64,000 bases of DNA from Nemertoderma westbladi (taxonomy: Eukaryota > Animalia > Xenacoelomorpha), in assembly GCA_032718475.1 (NCBI GenBank), contig JAUCBJ010005969.1:1-64000 (forward strand). Direction: 5' to 3'. Below the pieces are notes generated by a model. It worked only from the letters and a program-made list of their open reading frames with translations, was not told the origin of the DNA and made no database searches. Position numbers and translations under genes: made by a program. Positions 1-13,077 of the stretch are shown here, piece after piece (the first letter of the stretch is position 1; each line of letters begins with the position of its first letter).

Positions 1-568
1 AATTTATGTTTCATCATTTGTTTAATCTCTAGAAAATCATGAATATTTTGAAAAATATACAGAAACAGCCACATAGTGAAATAGGACGATGAGTGAGGAA
101 GAGTGATAAATCAGAGGAAAGTGAGAATGATGAAACGGAGAGGGAGATAGAGAAAGAAGAAATGAGAGTGGTGGTGAAGAAAATGAGAGCGAGAAAGAAG
201 TCGAGGAACATGAAAGTGGTGAGGATAATGACTCAGATAATGAGGAGATATTAAGACATGTATTAGGAAATAAAAATAAATTGCAGAAGATAATTAGACA
301 ATTGAATGAAATGCAGAAACATTCGCATAAGGAGAGTGATAATGATGGAAATGAGAGTGATGAGGATGAATCGGAGGAGAATAGCGATGACAGTGAGGAA
401 GAATCAAAGGAGAGTAGCGATGACAGTGAGGAAGCATCAGAGGAGAATGACAATGAAAATGGACAGAAAATCAGAGTAGGGAATGGAAAAGTTATATCTC
501 CAGCAACTGTTGTATATCGACCTAGGATTATGAACAGTAACAGTCGCACAGTTAATGCGAGACATTAA
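1..568 (+). other. Acidic E/D/S-rich low-complexity coding-like fragment, frameshifted; possibly the 3' end of a degraded transposon gene
   Basis: ORF 281-568 (SDNDGNESDEDESEENSDDSEEE), similar purine-rich sequence upstream in other frames, stop at 566-568, AATAAA near 659. No recognisable domain. Confidence 0.25.
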
Positions 569-888
569 TTATAACCGAAATATTGTATATGTTTGAAATA
601 TTTATTATATTTAGTCGTATTAATTATGTAATTTCATAATAATATGCTTAATTAAACAAATAAAGTCAACTTGATCCTGAGTTCTGAGTCGTTTTGTGTG
701 GTGGTGGGTAATTGTATTTGTAATTTTAATTTGTGTAATGGTCTAATATATATTATATATTATAAACCACTATAAATGATCAGTCCTGTCTGATCCTATT
801 TTAAATGCATAATGAATGAGTAACCAAAACATCAAATTAGTTAAACATTTTGACAACAGATAAACAAATATTCTCCTGTGGGGAGAAG

Positions 889-1546
889 TGGTGGCTGTGG
901 TTGTGGCTGTGGTTGTGACTGTGGCTGTGGCTGTGGCTGTGGTTGTGGCTGTGGCTGTGGCTGTGGCTGTGGCTGTGGTTGTGGTTGTGGCTGTGGCTGT
1001 GGTTGTGGCTGTGGCTGTGGTTGTGGCTGTGGTTGTGGCTGTGGCTGTGGCTGTGGCTGTGGCTGTGGCTGTGGCTGTGGTTGTGGCTGTGGCTGTGGCT
1101 GTGGCTGTGGCTGTGGCTGTGGCTGTGGCTGTGGTTGTGGCTGTGGCTGTGGCTGTGGCTGTGGCTGTGGCTGTGGCTGTGGTTGTGGCTGTGGCTGTGG
1201 TTGTGGCTGTGGTTGTGGCTGTGGCTGTGGTTGTGGCTGTGGCTGTGGCTGTGGTTGTGGCTGTGGCTGTGGCTGTGGTTGTGGCTGTGGTTGTGGCTGT
1301 GGCTGTGGCTGTGGCTGTGGCTGTGGCTGTGGCTGTGGCTGTGGTTGTGGCTGTGGCTGTGGCTGTGGCTGTGGTTGTGGCTGTGGCTGTGGCTGTGGCT
1401 GTGGTGTGGCTGTGGCTGTGGCTGTGGTTGTGGCTGTGGCTGTGGTTGTGGCTGTGGTTGTGGCTGTGGTTGTGGCTGTGGCTGTGGTTGTGGCTGTGGC
1501 TGTGGCTGTGGTTGTGGCTGTGGTTGTGGCTGTGGCTGTGGCTGTG
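889..1546 (+). repeat. Hexamer microsatellite (GTGGCT/GTGGTT)n, about 110 units
   Basis: Directly visible; single-base phase slip near 1404. Confidence 0.97.
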
Positions 1547-1621
1547 GGGAGTGCCTCAGGTCTTAAATCAGAGTCTTACAAATTCGAACGTTAACGAACA
1601 AATTCAAACGTTACTGTTCCA

Positions 1622-1700
1622 CCTTGGTGTAGTGGTTGCTTTGAATTCACATCTCCAATAGGTCGTGGGTTCAATCCTCACATGGACCAGGGCAGTTTTC
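1622..1700 (+). mobile_element. Degenerate tRNA-derived SINE head (Pol III A and B boxes)
   Basis: TGGTGTAGTGG at 1625-1635 (A box) and GGTTCAATCC at 1668-1677 (B box) at tRNA-like spacing; no intact cloverleaf. Confidence 0.5.
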
Positions 1701-3299
1701 GTTCGATCAGCAATAGGCCTAACTATACAAAATGTAGTATTATTGCCTAGTAACCAATTCATAGCTACCGTATGGTTTTTACTTTGAGACATTTCACCCT
1801 CTAGCAGCAGACTCGGATCTTCAGACTACTCTGTGACTCCGCAAAAAGATATAGCCTATATTGTAATAGATATCGACTGGGGGGTCAAAATTAAGTAATA
1901 ATATATCTAAAAAAGTCTCAAACATCTTACCTCATGGCTCGCCCCTCAGAAATCTTAAGCAATATAGCTTCATATTTTTTAAGGAAAACTGGTAAACGAG
2001 ATTTGTTACTTACGCATACCTCGCAGACTTAAGTAATTAATTATACAGTAGGTTAGATCGTTTTGAGAGTAGGACCATTGGAAACAGCGCCTTCGAAAAC
2101 CTCAGTACAAATAAAATTAATAAGATTAACAGGATATAGCTTGTTATAATAAAACTTAAATTATAATACAGTAGAACAATTAGGGTTGTAAATAAAAACA
2201 AATTCAATAAATTGAAGATAAACTGTATATAACTTATGTATTAAAAGAGGGCCTTATTTAATTATGTGCGATCAGGCGCGCAGGTTTAAATTAACATATG
2301 CGCTCGCATATGCGGTAATTAATGGTTGTAGTTGGCCTATGTGCGATTGAGGTGATGCTGGCGCGTAAGATGCAAACCGAAGGTTTCCAATCTTACATGA
2401 TAACGAAGCTAAAGGCTATCAAGGCAACATACCAAGGCAGTCCCCACCCACAGCTGTAGGTTTGAATAATTTAAACTCTGTGGCAGGCCCCATTCACGCG
2501 TTGACGTACAGTATAGGATTCAAAGGGATTAATCTTGCTACGTCTAATAAGAGCCCAACGACCGCAGATTATTGAGGGATGACTCAGGGCCAAACTGGTC
2601 CACTTTATTTTCGAGTGAGGGTAATTTATGTTTTGGGCCCCGCTCGCATGTTTATATTTAATTCTACCTTTACCTACTGTATGGCAAAAATAATACAAAT
2701 GTATTGTATATTGTAATGTACAGTGCCTATTGTATTGTACATTTCGTTTGTTATAGTACAATTTATTCATCTCGCGTCCCTATCTGATTGATTTGTGTCA
2801 AATTAAATTGCCTTTGGCAACATTATTTGATACAAATCGATTGATTAAACAATTAATTAATTGTTTAATCGACCAATTAATTAATTGTTTAATTAATTAA
2901 TGACCTACTTAACACCCAAGGTGTGAAGTGGGTCCAACTGTCGCCAGAGAGTGGCATACTATTACTACTCATCCAGTTGCTTTTTAGTCATTAACATACT
3001 TTGGTCCTTGGATCGGTTAATAATAATATAATATTATTAATATTATTGTCAATTCATATTAATGGTTCTTCAAGTGTTTGCTTCAATCTATTTTCTGTTG
3101 TAGTTGATGTTTGATTTTTTATAAACAGGCGCGTGCGTACCACTGCTGTACCAGTACGCCGCCCTCCAGATTTTTTTCTTTTTGATATTTTAAGTTTCTG
3201 TTTCTATGGTTATACCAGGGTATTTATTACCTCCCAATTATTTATTTATTAATATTGCTTAGGGAATCTTTTGTGGGATTTTGACTCATTTTTTCACAG

Positions 3300-6200
3300 A
3301 TTTATCCATTTGATGAAGATGACGGACAGTTAAAACGGAAACCTAAGAAAGATAAACCATTGCCTCGACAACCAAGTCTAGATTCTGATACAACGATGGG
3401 TCTAAAAGGTAAGCCGCCAACCTTTCTTTCACAACTTTCCCCCGTTATTGAAGGTGATATAATTACTATAGAGGGTGAGGTTGATGGGGAACCTTTACCA
3501 TCCGTGGAATGGTTTCTTAACGATAAACCATCATCGACTTACATCGACGATGTGTCTGTCCATCAGGATGGTAACAGAATCTATCTGCAGCTACGTAATC
3601 TATTTAATTACGGTAATAGTGAGTTTAAGTGTACTATTACTAACCAATCTGGCTCATCTACATCCACAGTGGCTTTATCTTTAGAGGATAATGTAGGAGG
3701 TGGTGATGATGCCATGGAGGCTGATTGTCTTCCGGCCAGGTTTATAGAGCATTTGAGCGCTCAGGTTGATGGAGATGGAGTTTCCTTACAGGGGCGGTTA
3801 GAGGGGTTGCCAAGACCGACTGTACAATGGTTCCTCAACAAGGAACCTATACAAGATGGTGGGTACTTCACTATCCAAGAGTTTGATGATGGGCGAGTGA
3901 ATCTCGATATTCGCAATATATCAGAGTTCGGTTCTTGCGCGATTGAATGTGTCATCTCCAATGTTAAAAGCAAGGCTACATCGAAAGTCATGTTGGATAT
4001 GCAGTCACCCTCTCCGGGGGATGTAGCTGATGGTGAAGAAGATATAGCTGCTACGTTTGCAGAAAAGGTCACGGCTAAAATGATTAGTGGAGAAATATTA
4101 AAGCTGGAAGGATTGGTTGTGGGAAATCCTCGACCAGAAATCGAATGGTTTATTAATGACATCCCTGTTGCGTATCCTGGTGATGTTATCACAGAGTATA
4201 CACCTGAAGGGCGAGTTTTCCTTCAACTTGAAAACCTAAGTCGATATACTTCCTCAACATTTAAGTGTATTGCCAGTAACAGACGCGGTAAAGCCACTTC
4301 TTCGGTTAATGTTGCTATGGGCAAACCGGAAGGAGCTCCAAGTGCAGCTAAAGCTGCCCCTCGGTTTGTAGAAAAACTTACGCCACAAATTGAAGGCACT
4401 TCGGTAACATTAGTGGGTAAAGTAGAAGGAGAGCCCAAGCCAGAAGTAGCTTGGTTTATAAATGATGAACCAGCAGCAAATGTTAGTGGCGTTAAAGTTG
4501 CCCCAACAACAGACGGAAAGATTTCCCTCCACATGGAAGATATTTATAATCGCGGTAACGTTGATATCAAATGTGTTGCATCTAATCAAAGTGGAGAATC
4601 GACTTCTACAGTCACTTTGGCTTTTGGTGCTCCAAATAAAGAAGAAAAAGCTAAGAAAATGACTCAACTAAAAGACATGATCCCTCCGAAGTTTGTAGAA
4701 AAACTTTCAGCTGTAATTAAGGATGACATTGTTACAATTACTGGAAAGATTACAGGGGTTCCTTTTCCAGAGGTTGTATGGAAGCTTAATAATGAAGTAA
4801 TATCAAAAGAAACTAAAGATATAACAACAAGTATCAGTGAGGAAGGTGAGCTGTTTCTAGAAATGAACAATTTATATGGATCAGTCACATTCAAATGTAT
4901 CATTTCTAATCCTAGAGGGAAAGCTTCATCCACACTCTCCTTAACTCTTGATGCACCACCTGCGAAATCAAGCTTAACAATAACACCTAAATTTATAAAA
5001 GATTTGGAAGTACTTGTTGAAGGTGACACAGCTATATTGAAATGTCAAGTGGTCGGTTCACCATTTCCAAAGGTAGAATGGCGAAGAAATGATATCATCG
5101 TAACAAATTCAGATGACTTTGAAATTACAAATATGGATGATATTTTATTGCTAATTGTGAAACGGTTTTCGTATTATGGTTCATCAACATATTCGTGTAC
5201 TTTATCAAATCCCAGTGGCTCAACTACTAGCTCTGTTGCAATAGAACTAGATGACGCCAAGCAAGATGACAGTAATATTACTAATCAACAAAGTGAAGAC
5301 ATTGCTCAAAGAGCTGCACCCCAATTCGTAGAAAAACTTACCCCGCAAGTAGAAGGCACTTCGGTAACATTAGTGGGTAAAGTGGATGGAAAACCCAAGC
5401 CAGAAGTAGCTTGGTTTATAAATGATGAACCGGCAGCAAATGTTAGTGGCGTTAAAGTTGCCCCAACAACAGACGGAAAGATTTCCCTCCACATGGAAGA
5501 TATTTATAATCGCGGTAACGTTGATATCAAATGCGTGGCATCTAATCAAAGTGGAGAATCGACCTCTACAGTCTCTTTAGATTTTGGTGCTCCAAAAAAA
5601 GAAGAAAAAGCTAAGAAAATGACTCAACTAAAAGACATGATCCCTCCAAAGTTTGTAGAAAAACTTTCAGCTGTAATTAAGGATGACATTGTTACAATTA
5701 CTGGAAAGATTACAGGGGTTCCTTTTCCAGAGGTTGTATGGAAGCTTAATAATGAAGTTATAACAAAAGAAACTAAAGATATAACAACAAATATCAGTGA
5801 GGAAGGTGAGCTGTTTCTAGAAATGAACAATTTATATGGATCAGTCACATTCAAATGTATCATTTCTAATCCTAGAGGGAAAGCTTCATCCACACTCTCC
5901 TTAACTCTTGACAAACCGCCTGAGAAATCAAACCTTATAGTAACACCGAAGTTTATAAAAGAGTTGGAAGCAGTCAGTGAAGGTGATACTGTCATACTGA
6001 AATGTCAAGTGGTTGGTTCACCATTTCCGGAGGTAGAATGGCGTAGAAATGGTGTCATTATAACTAATTCAGATGACTTTGAAATAACAACTATGGATGA
6101 TATTTTATTGCTAATTGTTAAACGTTTTTCACATTATGGAAAGTCAACTTATTCGTGCAATATTTCTAATGTAAACGGTTCTTCTACTAACTCTATTTCA

Positions 6201-9200
6201 ATGGAGTTAGACGATGATAAACAAGATGATGCTGTGCCCCACAGACTAGACGATGATGACTTAGAACAAAAGCGGCAGCCCAAGATGAGGAAACGGTCTG
6301 AGCAAATTGAAAGCATTAAACCAGAACGTAATTTACCACTGGAGTCTCCAATGGAAGTTGTAGATGGAGGTGGACCGGTCGAAAAGACTAATTTAAAACG
6401 AAAGGATAGCAAAGCAGAAATTCTGGACAATTCTGGTACTGAGCTTGATATTAAACCAAAGATTAAAAGAACTGAAAGCATTAAAGATTCAAGGGATGAC
6501 ATACTAGTAGAGACTGTCGAATCTAAACAGAATATAGAAACGCAAGAAAAGAGGAAGCACAGCTTGAGTGAGGTCGAGCTTGTTAAAAAACCTAAGTTGA
6601 AGAATGAAGACACTGTTTCTCCAAAATTTATTGAAAAACTTAAACCTCAGATTAAATCTGATACTATTACAATTTCGGGATACATTACAGGCACCCCCCA
6701 ACCTACAGTTGAATGGTTTATAAATGATGTCCAAATAACAGCTGACCAACATAATGTATCAATGGAATCTTTTCAAGATGGTAAGATAGTGTTCAAAATG
6801 GTTAATACTAAATATGTTGGAAAAACCATGTTTAAATGCGTATTACGCAATAGTAAAGGGAAGACAACTTCGAAGCTATCAATAAATTTGAAAAGTCTGG
6901 AATCTGCAGAAAGTGAAAACATCTCTGTAGAAAATGACAATGAAGAAGAAAGTATGAGAAAAATTGAACCCGAAGAAGAAACTAGCACCAGTCCCAAAGA
7001 TGTTGAAAATAATCTAGTTGAGGAGACTACAATCGAACCTGAAAAGAAACCTAAATTAAAAGTTAAGTTACCTGCAGAAACAGCAGAAGAAGCCGAGAGG
7101 CCTAAACGAAAACACGAAGACAATGAGAAGGAGTTGGTACAAGAAACTGTAAGTGAAGCTGAGCAGAAACCAAAATTAAAAATTAAGATGCCAGACGAAG
7201 TACCAGAAGAATCTGAGGAAAAACCAGAGAAAAAACCTAAGCTTAAACGTAAAGACAGTGAAAAGAAATTAAAAGCAGAAACTAAGGTTGAACCAGAAGA
7301 GAAACCAAATCTTAAATCCAAAGCTCCTGAGAAAGTAGCTGAGGAAACTAAGGTTGAACCAGAAGAGAAACCTAAGCTTAAACGTAAAGACAGTGAAAAG
7401 AAATTAAAAGCAGAAACTAAGGTTGAACCAGAAGAGAAACCAAAGCTTAAATCCAAAGCCCCTGAGAAAGTAGCTGAGGAAACTAAGGTTGAACCCGAAG
7501 AGAAACCAAAACTTAAATCCAAAGCCCCTGAGAAAGTAGCTGAGGAAACTAAGGTTGAACCAGAAGAGGAACCTAAGCTTAAAAGTAAAGACAGTGAAAA
7601 GAAATTAAAAGACGAAACTAAGGTTGAACCAGAAGAGAAACCAAAGCTTAAATCCAAAGCTCCTGCGAAAGTAGCTGAGGAAACTAAGGTTGAACCAGAA
7701 GAGAAACCTAAGCTTAAACGTAAAGACAGTGAAAACAAATTAAAAGACGAAACTAAGGTTGAACCAGAAGATAAACCAAAACTGAAATCCAAAGCTCCTG
7801 AGAAAGTAGCTGAGGAAACTAAGGTTGAACCAGAAGAGAAACCTAAGCTTAACTCTAAAGCCCCTGAGAAAGTAGCTGAGGAAACTAAGGTTGAACCAGA
7901 AGAGAAACCTAAGCTTAAACGTAAAGACAGTGAAAAGAAATTAAAAGACGAAACTAAGGTTGAACCAGAAGAGAAACCAAATCTTAAATCCAAAGCTCCT
8001 GAGAAAGTAGCTGAGGAAACTAAGGTTGAACCAGAAGAGAAACCTAAGCTTAAACGTAAAGACAGTGAAAAGAAATTAAAAGACGAAACTAAGGTTGAAC
8101 CAGAAGAGAAACCAAAGCTTAAATCCAAAGCTCCTGAGAAAGTAGCTGAGGAAACTAAGGTTGAACCAGAAGAGAAACCTAAGCTTAAATCTAAAGCCCC
8201 TGAGAAAGTAGCTGAGGAAACTAAGGTTGAACAAGAAGAGAAACCTAAGCTTAAACGTAAAGACAGTGAAAAGAAATTAAAAGACGAAACTAAGGTTGAA
8301 CCAGAAGAGAAACCAAAGCTTAAATCCAAAGCTCCTGAGAAAGTAGCTGAGGAAACTAAGGTTGAACCAGAAGAGAAACCTAAGCTTAACTCTAAAGCCC
8401 CTCAGAAAGTAGCTGAGGAAACTAAGGTAGAACCAGAAGAGAAACCTAAGCTTAAACGTAAAGACAGTGAAAAGAAATTAAAAGCCGAAACTATAGTTGA
8501 ACCAGAAGAGAAACCAAAACTGAAATCCAAAGCCCCTGAGAAAGTAGCTGAGGAAACTAAGATTGAACCAGAAAAGAAACCAAAACTTAAATCCAAAGCT
8601 CCTGAGAAAGTAGCCGAGGAAACTAAGGTTGAACCAGAAGAGAAACCAAAACTGAAATCCAAAGCCCCTGAAATAGTAGCTGAGGAAACTAAGGTAGAAC
8701 CAGAAGAGAAACCTAAGCTTAAACGTAAAGACAGTGAAAAGAAATTAAAAGCCGAAACTATAGTTGAACCAGAAGAGAAACCAAAACTGAAATCCAAAGC
8801 CCCTGAGAAAGTAGCTGAGGAAACTAAGGTAGAACCAGAAGAGAAACCTAAGCTTAAACGTAAAGACAGTGAAAATAAATTAAAAGCCGAAACTATAGTT
8901 GAACCAGAAGAGAAACCTAAGCTTAAACGTAAAGACAGTGAAAATAAATTAAAAGCCGAAACTATAGTTGAACCAGAAGAGAAACCAAAACTGAAATCCA
9001 AAGCCCCTGAGAAAGTAGCTGAGGAAACTAAGGTAGAACCAGAAGAGAAACCTAAGCTTAAACATAAAGACAGTGAAAAGAAATTAAAAGACGAAACTAA
9101 GGTTGAACCAGAAGGGAAACCAAAGCTTAAATCCAAAGCTCCTGAGAAAGTAGCTGAGGAAACTAAGGTTGAACCAGAAGAGAAACCTAAGCTTAAACGT

Positions 9201-12200
9201 AAAGACAGTGAAAAGAAATTAAAAGATGAAACTAAGTTTGAACCAGAAGAGAAACCAAAGCTTAAATCCAAAGCCCCTGAGAAAGTAGCTGAGGAAACTA
9301 AAGTTGAACCAGAAGAGAAACCTAAGCTTAAACGTAAAGACAGTGAAAAGAAATTAAAAGATGAAACTAAGTTTGAACCAGAAGAGAAACCAAAGCTTAA
9401 ATCCAAAGCTCCTGAGAAAGTAGCTGAGGAAACTAAGGTTGAACCAGAAGAGAAACCTAAGCTTAAACGTAAAGACAGTGAGAAGAAATTAAAAGACGAA
9501 ACTAAGGTTGAACCAGAAGAGAAACCAAAGCTTAAATCCAAAGTTCCTGAGAAAGTAGCTGAGGAAACTAAAGTTGAACCAGAAGAGAAACCTAAGCTTA
9601 AACGTAAAGACAGTGAAAAGAAATTAAAAGATGAAACTAAGGTTGAACCAGAAGAGAAACCAAAGCTTAAATCCAAAGCTCCTGAGAAAGTAGCTGAGGA
9701 AACTAAAGTTGAACCAGAAGAGAAACCTAAGCTTAAACGTAAAGACAGTGAAAAGAAATTAAAAGACGAAACTAAGGTTGAACCAGAAGAGAAACCAAAG
9801 CCTAAATCCAAAGCTCCTGAGAAAGTAGCTGAGGAAACTAAGGTTGAACCAGAAGAGAAACCTAAGCTTAAACGTAAAGACAGTGAAAAGAAATTAAAAG
9901 ACGAAACTAAGGTTGAACCAGAAGTGAAACCAAAACTGAAATCCAAAGCCCCTGAGAAAGTAGCTGAGGAAACTAAGGTTGAACCAGAAGAGAAACCTAA
10001 GCTTAAACGTAAAGACAGTGAAAAGAAATTAAAAGACGAAACTAAGGTTGAACCAGAAGAGAAACCAAAGCTTAAATCCAAAGCTCCTGAGAAAGTAGCT
10101 GAGGAAACTAAGGTTGAACCAGAAGAGAAACCTAAGCTTAACTCTAAAGCCCCTGAGAAAGTAGCTGAGGAAACTAAGGTAGAACCAGAAGAGAAACCTA
10201 AGCTTAAACGTAAAGACAGTGAAAAGAAATTAAAAGCCGAAACTATAGTTGAACCAGAAGAGAAACCAAAACTGAAATCCAAAGCCCCTGAGAAAGTAGC
10301 TGAGGTTACTAAGGTTGAACCAGAAGAGAAACCAAAACTTAAATACAAAGCCCCTGAGAAAGTAGCTGAGGAAACTAAGGTAGAACCAGAAGAGAAACCT
10401 AAGCTTAAACGTAAAGACAGTGAAAAGAAATTAAGAGACGAAACTAAGGTTGAACCAGAAGAGAAACCAAAGCTTAAATCCAAAGCTCCTGAGAAAGTAG
10501 CTGAGCAAACTAAGGTTGAACCAGAAGAGAAACCTAAGCTTAAATCCAAAGCCCCTGAGAAAGTAGCTGAGGAAACTAATGTTGAACCAGAAGAGAAACC
10601 TAAGCTTAAACGTAAAGACAGTGAAATGAAATTAAAAGCCGAAACTAAGGTTGAACCAGAAGAGAAACCTAATCTTAAATCCAAAGCCACTGAGAAAGTA
10701 GCTGAGGAAACCAAGGTTGAACCAGAAGAGAAACCTAAGCTTAAACGTAAAGACAGTGAAAAGAAATTAAAAGCCGAAACTATAGTTGAACCAGAAGAGA
10801 AACCAAAACTTAAATTCAAAGCCCCTGAGAAAGTAGCTGATGAAACTAAGGTTGAACCAGAAGAGAAACCTAAGCTTAAACGTAAAGACAGTGAAAAGAA
10901 ATTAAAAGCCGAAACTATAGTTGAACCAGAAGATAAACCAAAACATAAATCCAAAGCCCCTGAGAAAGTAGCTGAGGAAACTAAGGTTGAACCAGAAGGG
11001 AAACCTAAGCTTAAACGTAAAGACAGTGAAAAGAAATTAAAAGCCGAAACTATAGTTGAACCAGAAGAGAAACCAAAACTTAAATCCAAAGCCCCTGAGA
11101 AAGTAGCTGATGAAACTAAGGTTGAACCAGAAGAGAAACCTAAGCTTAAACGTAAAGACAGTGAAAAGAAATTAAAAGCCGAAACTATAGTTGAACCAGA
11201 AGAGAAACCAAAACTTAAATCCAAAGCTCCTGAGAAAGTAGCTGAGGAAACTAAGGTTGTACCAGAAGAGAAACCAAAGCTTAAATCCAAAGCCCCTGAG
11301 AAAGTAGCTGAGGAAACTAAGGTTGAACCAGAGGAGAAACCAAAGCTTAAATCCAAAGCTCCTGAGAAAGTAGCTGAGGAATCTAAGGTTGAACCAGAAG
11401 AGAAACCAAAACTTAAATCCAAAGCCCCTGAGAAAGTAGCTCAGGAAACTAAGGTTGAACCAGAAGAGAAGCCAAAACTTAAATCCAAAGCCCCTGAGAA
11501 AGTAGCTGAGGAAACTAAGGTTGAACCAGAAGAGAAACCTAAGCTTAAACGTAAAGACAGTGAAAAGAAATTAAGAGACGAAACTAAGGTTGAACCAGAA
11601 GAGAAATTAAAACTGAAATCCAAAGCCCCTGAGAAAGTAGCTGAGGAAACTAAGGTTGAACCAGAAGAGAAACCAAAACTTAAATCCAAAGCTCCTGAGA
11701 AAGTAGCTGAGGAAACTAAGGTTGAACCAGAAGAGAAACCAAAACTTAAATCCAAAGCCCCTGAGAAAGTAGCTGATGAAACTAAGGTTGAACCAGAAGA
11801 GAAACCAAAACGTAAATCCAAAGCCCCTGAGAAAGTAGCTGAGGAAACTAAGGTTGAACCAGAAGAGAAACCAAAACGTAAATCCAAAGCCCCTGAGAAA
11901 GTAGCTGAGGAAACTATGGTTGAACCAGAAGAGAAACCTAAGCTTAAACGTAAAGACAGTGAAAAGAAATTAAAAGCCGAAACTATAGTTGAACCAGAAG
12001 AGAAACCAAAACTTAAATCCAAAGCCCCTGAGAAAGTAGCCGAGGAAACTAAGGTTGAACCAGAAGAGAAACCAAAACTTAAATCCAAAGCCGCTGAGAA
12101 AGTAGCTGAGGAAACTAAGGTTGAACCAGAAGAGAAACCTAAGCTTAAACGTAAAGACAGTGAAAAGAAATTAAGAGACGAAACTAAGGTTGAACCAGAA

Positions 12201-13077
12201 GAGAAGCCAAAACTTAAATCCAAAGCTCCTGAGAAAGTTGCTGAGGAAACTAAGGTTGAACCAGAAGAGAAACCTAAGCTTAAACGTAAAGACAGTGAAA
12301 AGAAATTAAGAGACGAAACTAAGGTTGAACCAGAAGAGAAGCCAAAACTTAAATCCAAAGCTCCTGAGAAAGTAGCTGAGGAAACTAAAGTTGAACCAGA
12401 AGAGAAACCTAAGCTTAAACGTAAAGACAGTGAAAAGAAATTAAAAGATGAAACTAAGGTTGAACCAGAAGAGAAACCAAAACTTAAATCCAAAGCCCCT
12501 GAGAATGTAGCTGAAGGAATTACAGTTGAACCACCAGCCGAATTGCGCGATAAATCAGAAACTGATGCCTCAGAATCACCCAAGTTTATAAAAACTCTAG
12601 TTTCAATTCTTTATAAAAACACGGCGCGTTTGGAAGGAGTGATTAGCGGTACCCCCTTCCCTGATTGTGAGTGGTACAGGAATGGGATGCACATTACAAT
12701 AGGGGGCGATTTCTCGTTCACTACCAAGGATAATGGCAAGATATCATTGGAAATACGTAAAGTAAATAAATATTTGAATTCAACGTTTATGTGTCAAATA
12801 TCGAATGCTCATGCAACGTCCTCGTCTAGTGTGGACCTTAGTTCTAGTCCTGTGGAATCCGAAGCCCGGCCATTGGAAGAAGACGATGAAATAGAAAACC
12901 TTATTGAAAGACTCAATGAGTCAGATATTAGTAAAATAGATGAACCCCGGCGTGAGATAATCGATGAGATTGATGTAGCCGAAAGCGAAAGCGGTGATAG
13001 TTTGCTACAAGCAGCAGGTGGAACAGCGCCTACGGATAAGCGTAAAGCCAGTTTGTCTGCTAAAGAAGAGATTCAAG
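3300..13077 (+). CDS. Giant coding exon (9778 bp): 10 Ig domains, PEVK-like repeat, 1 further Ig domain
   Basis: Acceptor ttttttcacag|ATT (exon starts IYPFDEDDG, upstream of the ORF-track start). Donor CAAG|gtggga at 13077/13078, phase 1, matches the next exon. Ig starts: KPPTFL, PARFIE, AATFAE, APRFVE, PPKFVE, TPKFIK, APQFVE, PPKFVE, TPKFIK, SPKFIE, SPKFIK. Confidence 0.9.
4352..6230 (+). repeat. Tandem duplication of a three-Ig block inside the exon (960-nt offset)
   Basis: 4352-~5270 is nearly identical to 5312-~6230 (e.g. AAPRFVEKLTPQIEG vs AAPQFVEKLTPQVEG). Confidence 0.92.
7225..12520 (+). repeat. Coding PEVK-like tandem repeat: 66-bp (ETKVEPEEKPKLKSKAPEKVAE) and 69-bp (ETKVEPEEKPKLKRKDSEKKLKD) units, about 79 in total
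   Basis: Visible in DNA and translation; frame preserved throughout. Confidence 0.95.

Noticed and set aside
878-1661. Poly-CG, poly-VA and poly-WL ORFs (metallothionein-like look); telomere-like repeat
   Set aside because: Translations of a hexamer microsatellite; the unit is not TTAGGG-like and is interstitial.
1622-1700. Functional tRNA gene
   Set aside because: A and B boxes are present but acceptor and anticodon stems do not pair; better explained as a SINE head.
1785-1830. Minus-strand CTGAAGA...GAAA hammerhead-like motif
   Set aside because: Stems I and II are weak and stem III is not palindromic; too degenerate to call.
6773-12583. Long minus-strand S/F/L-rich ORFs
   Set aside because: Antisense shadows of the PEVK-like coding repeat.
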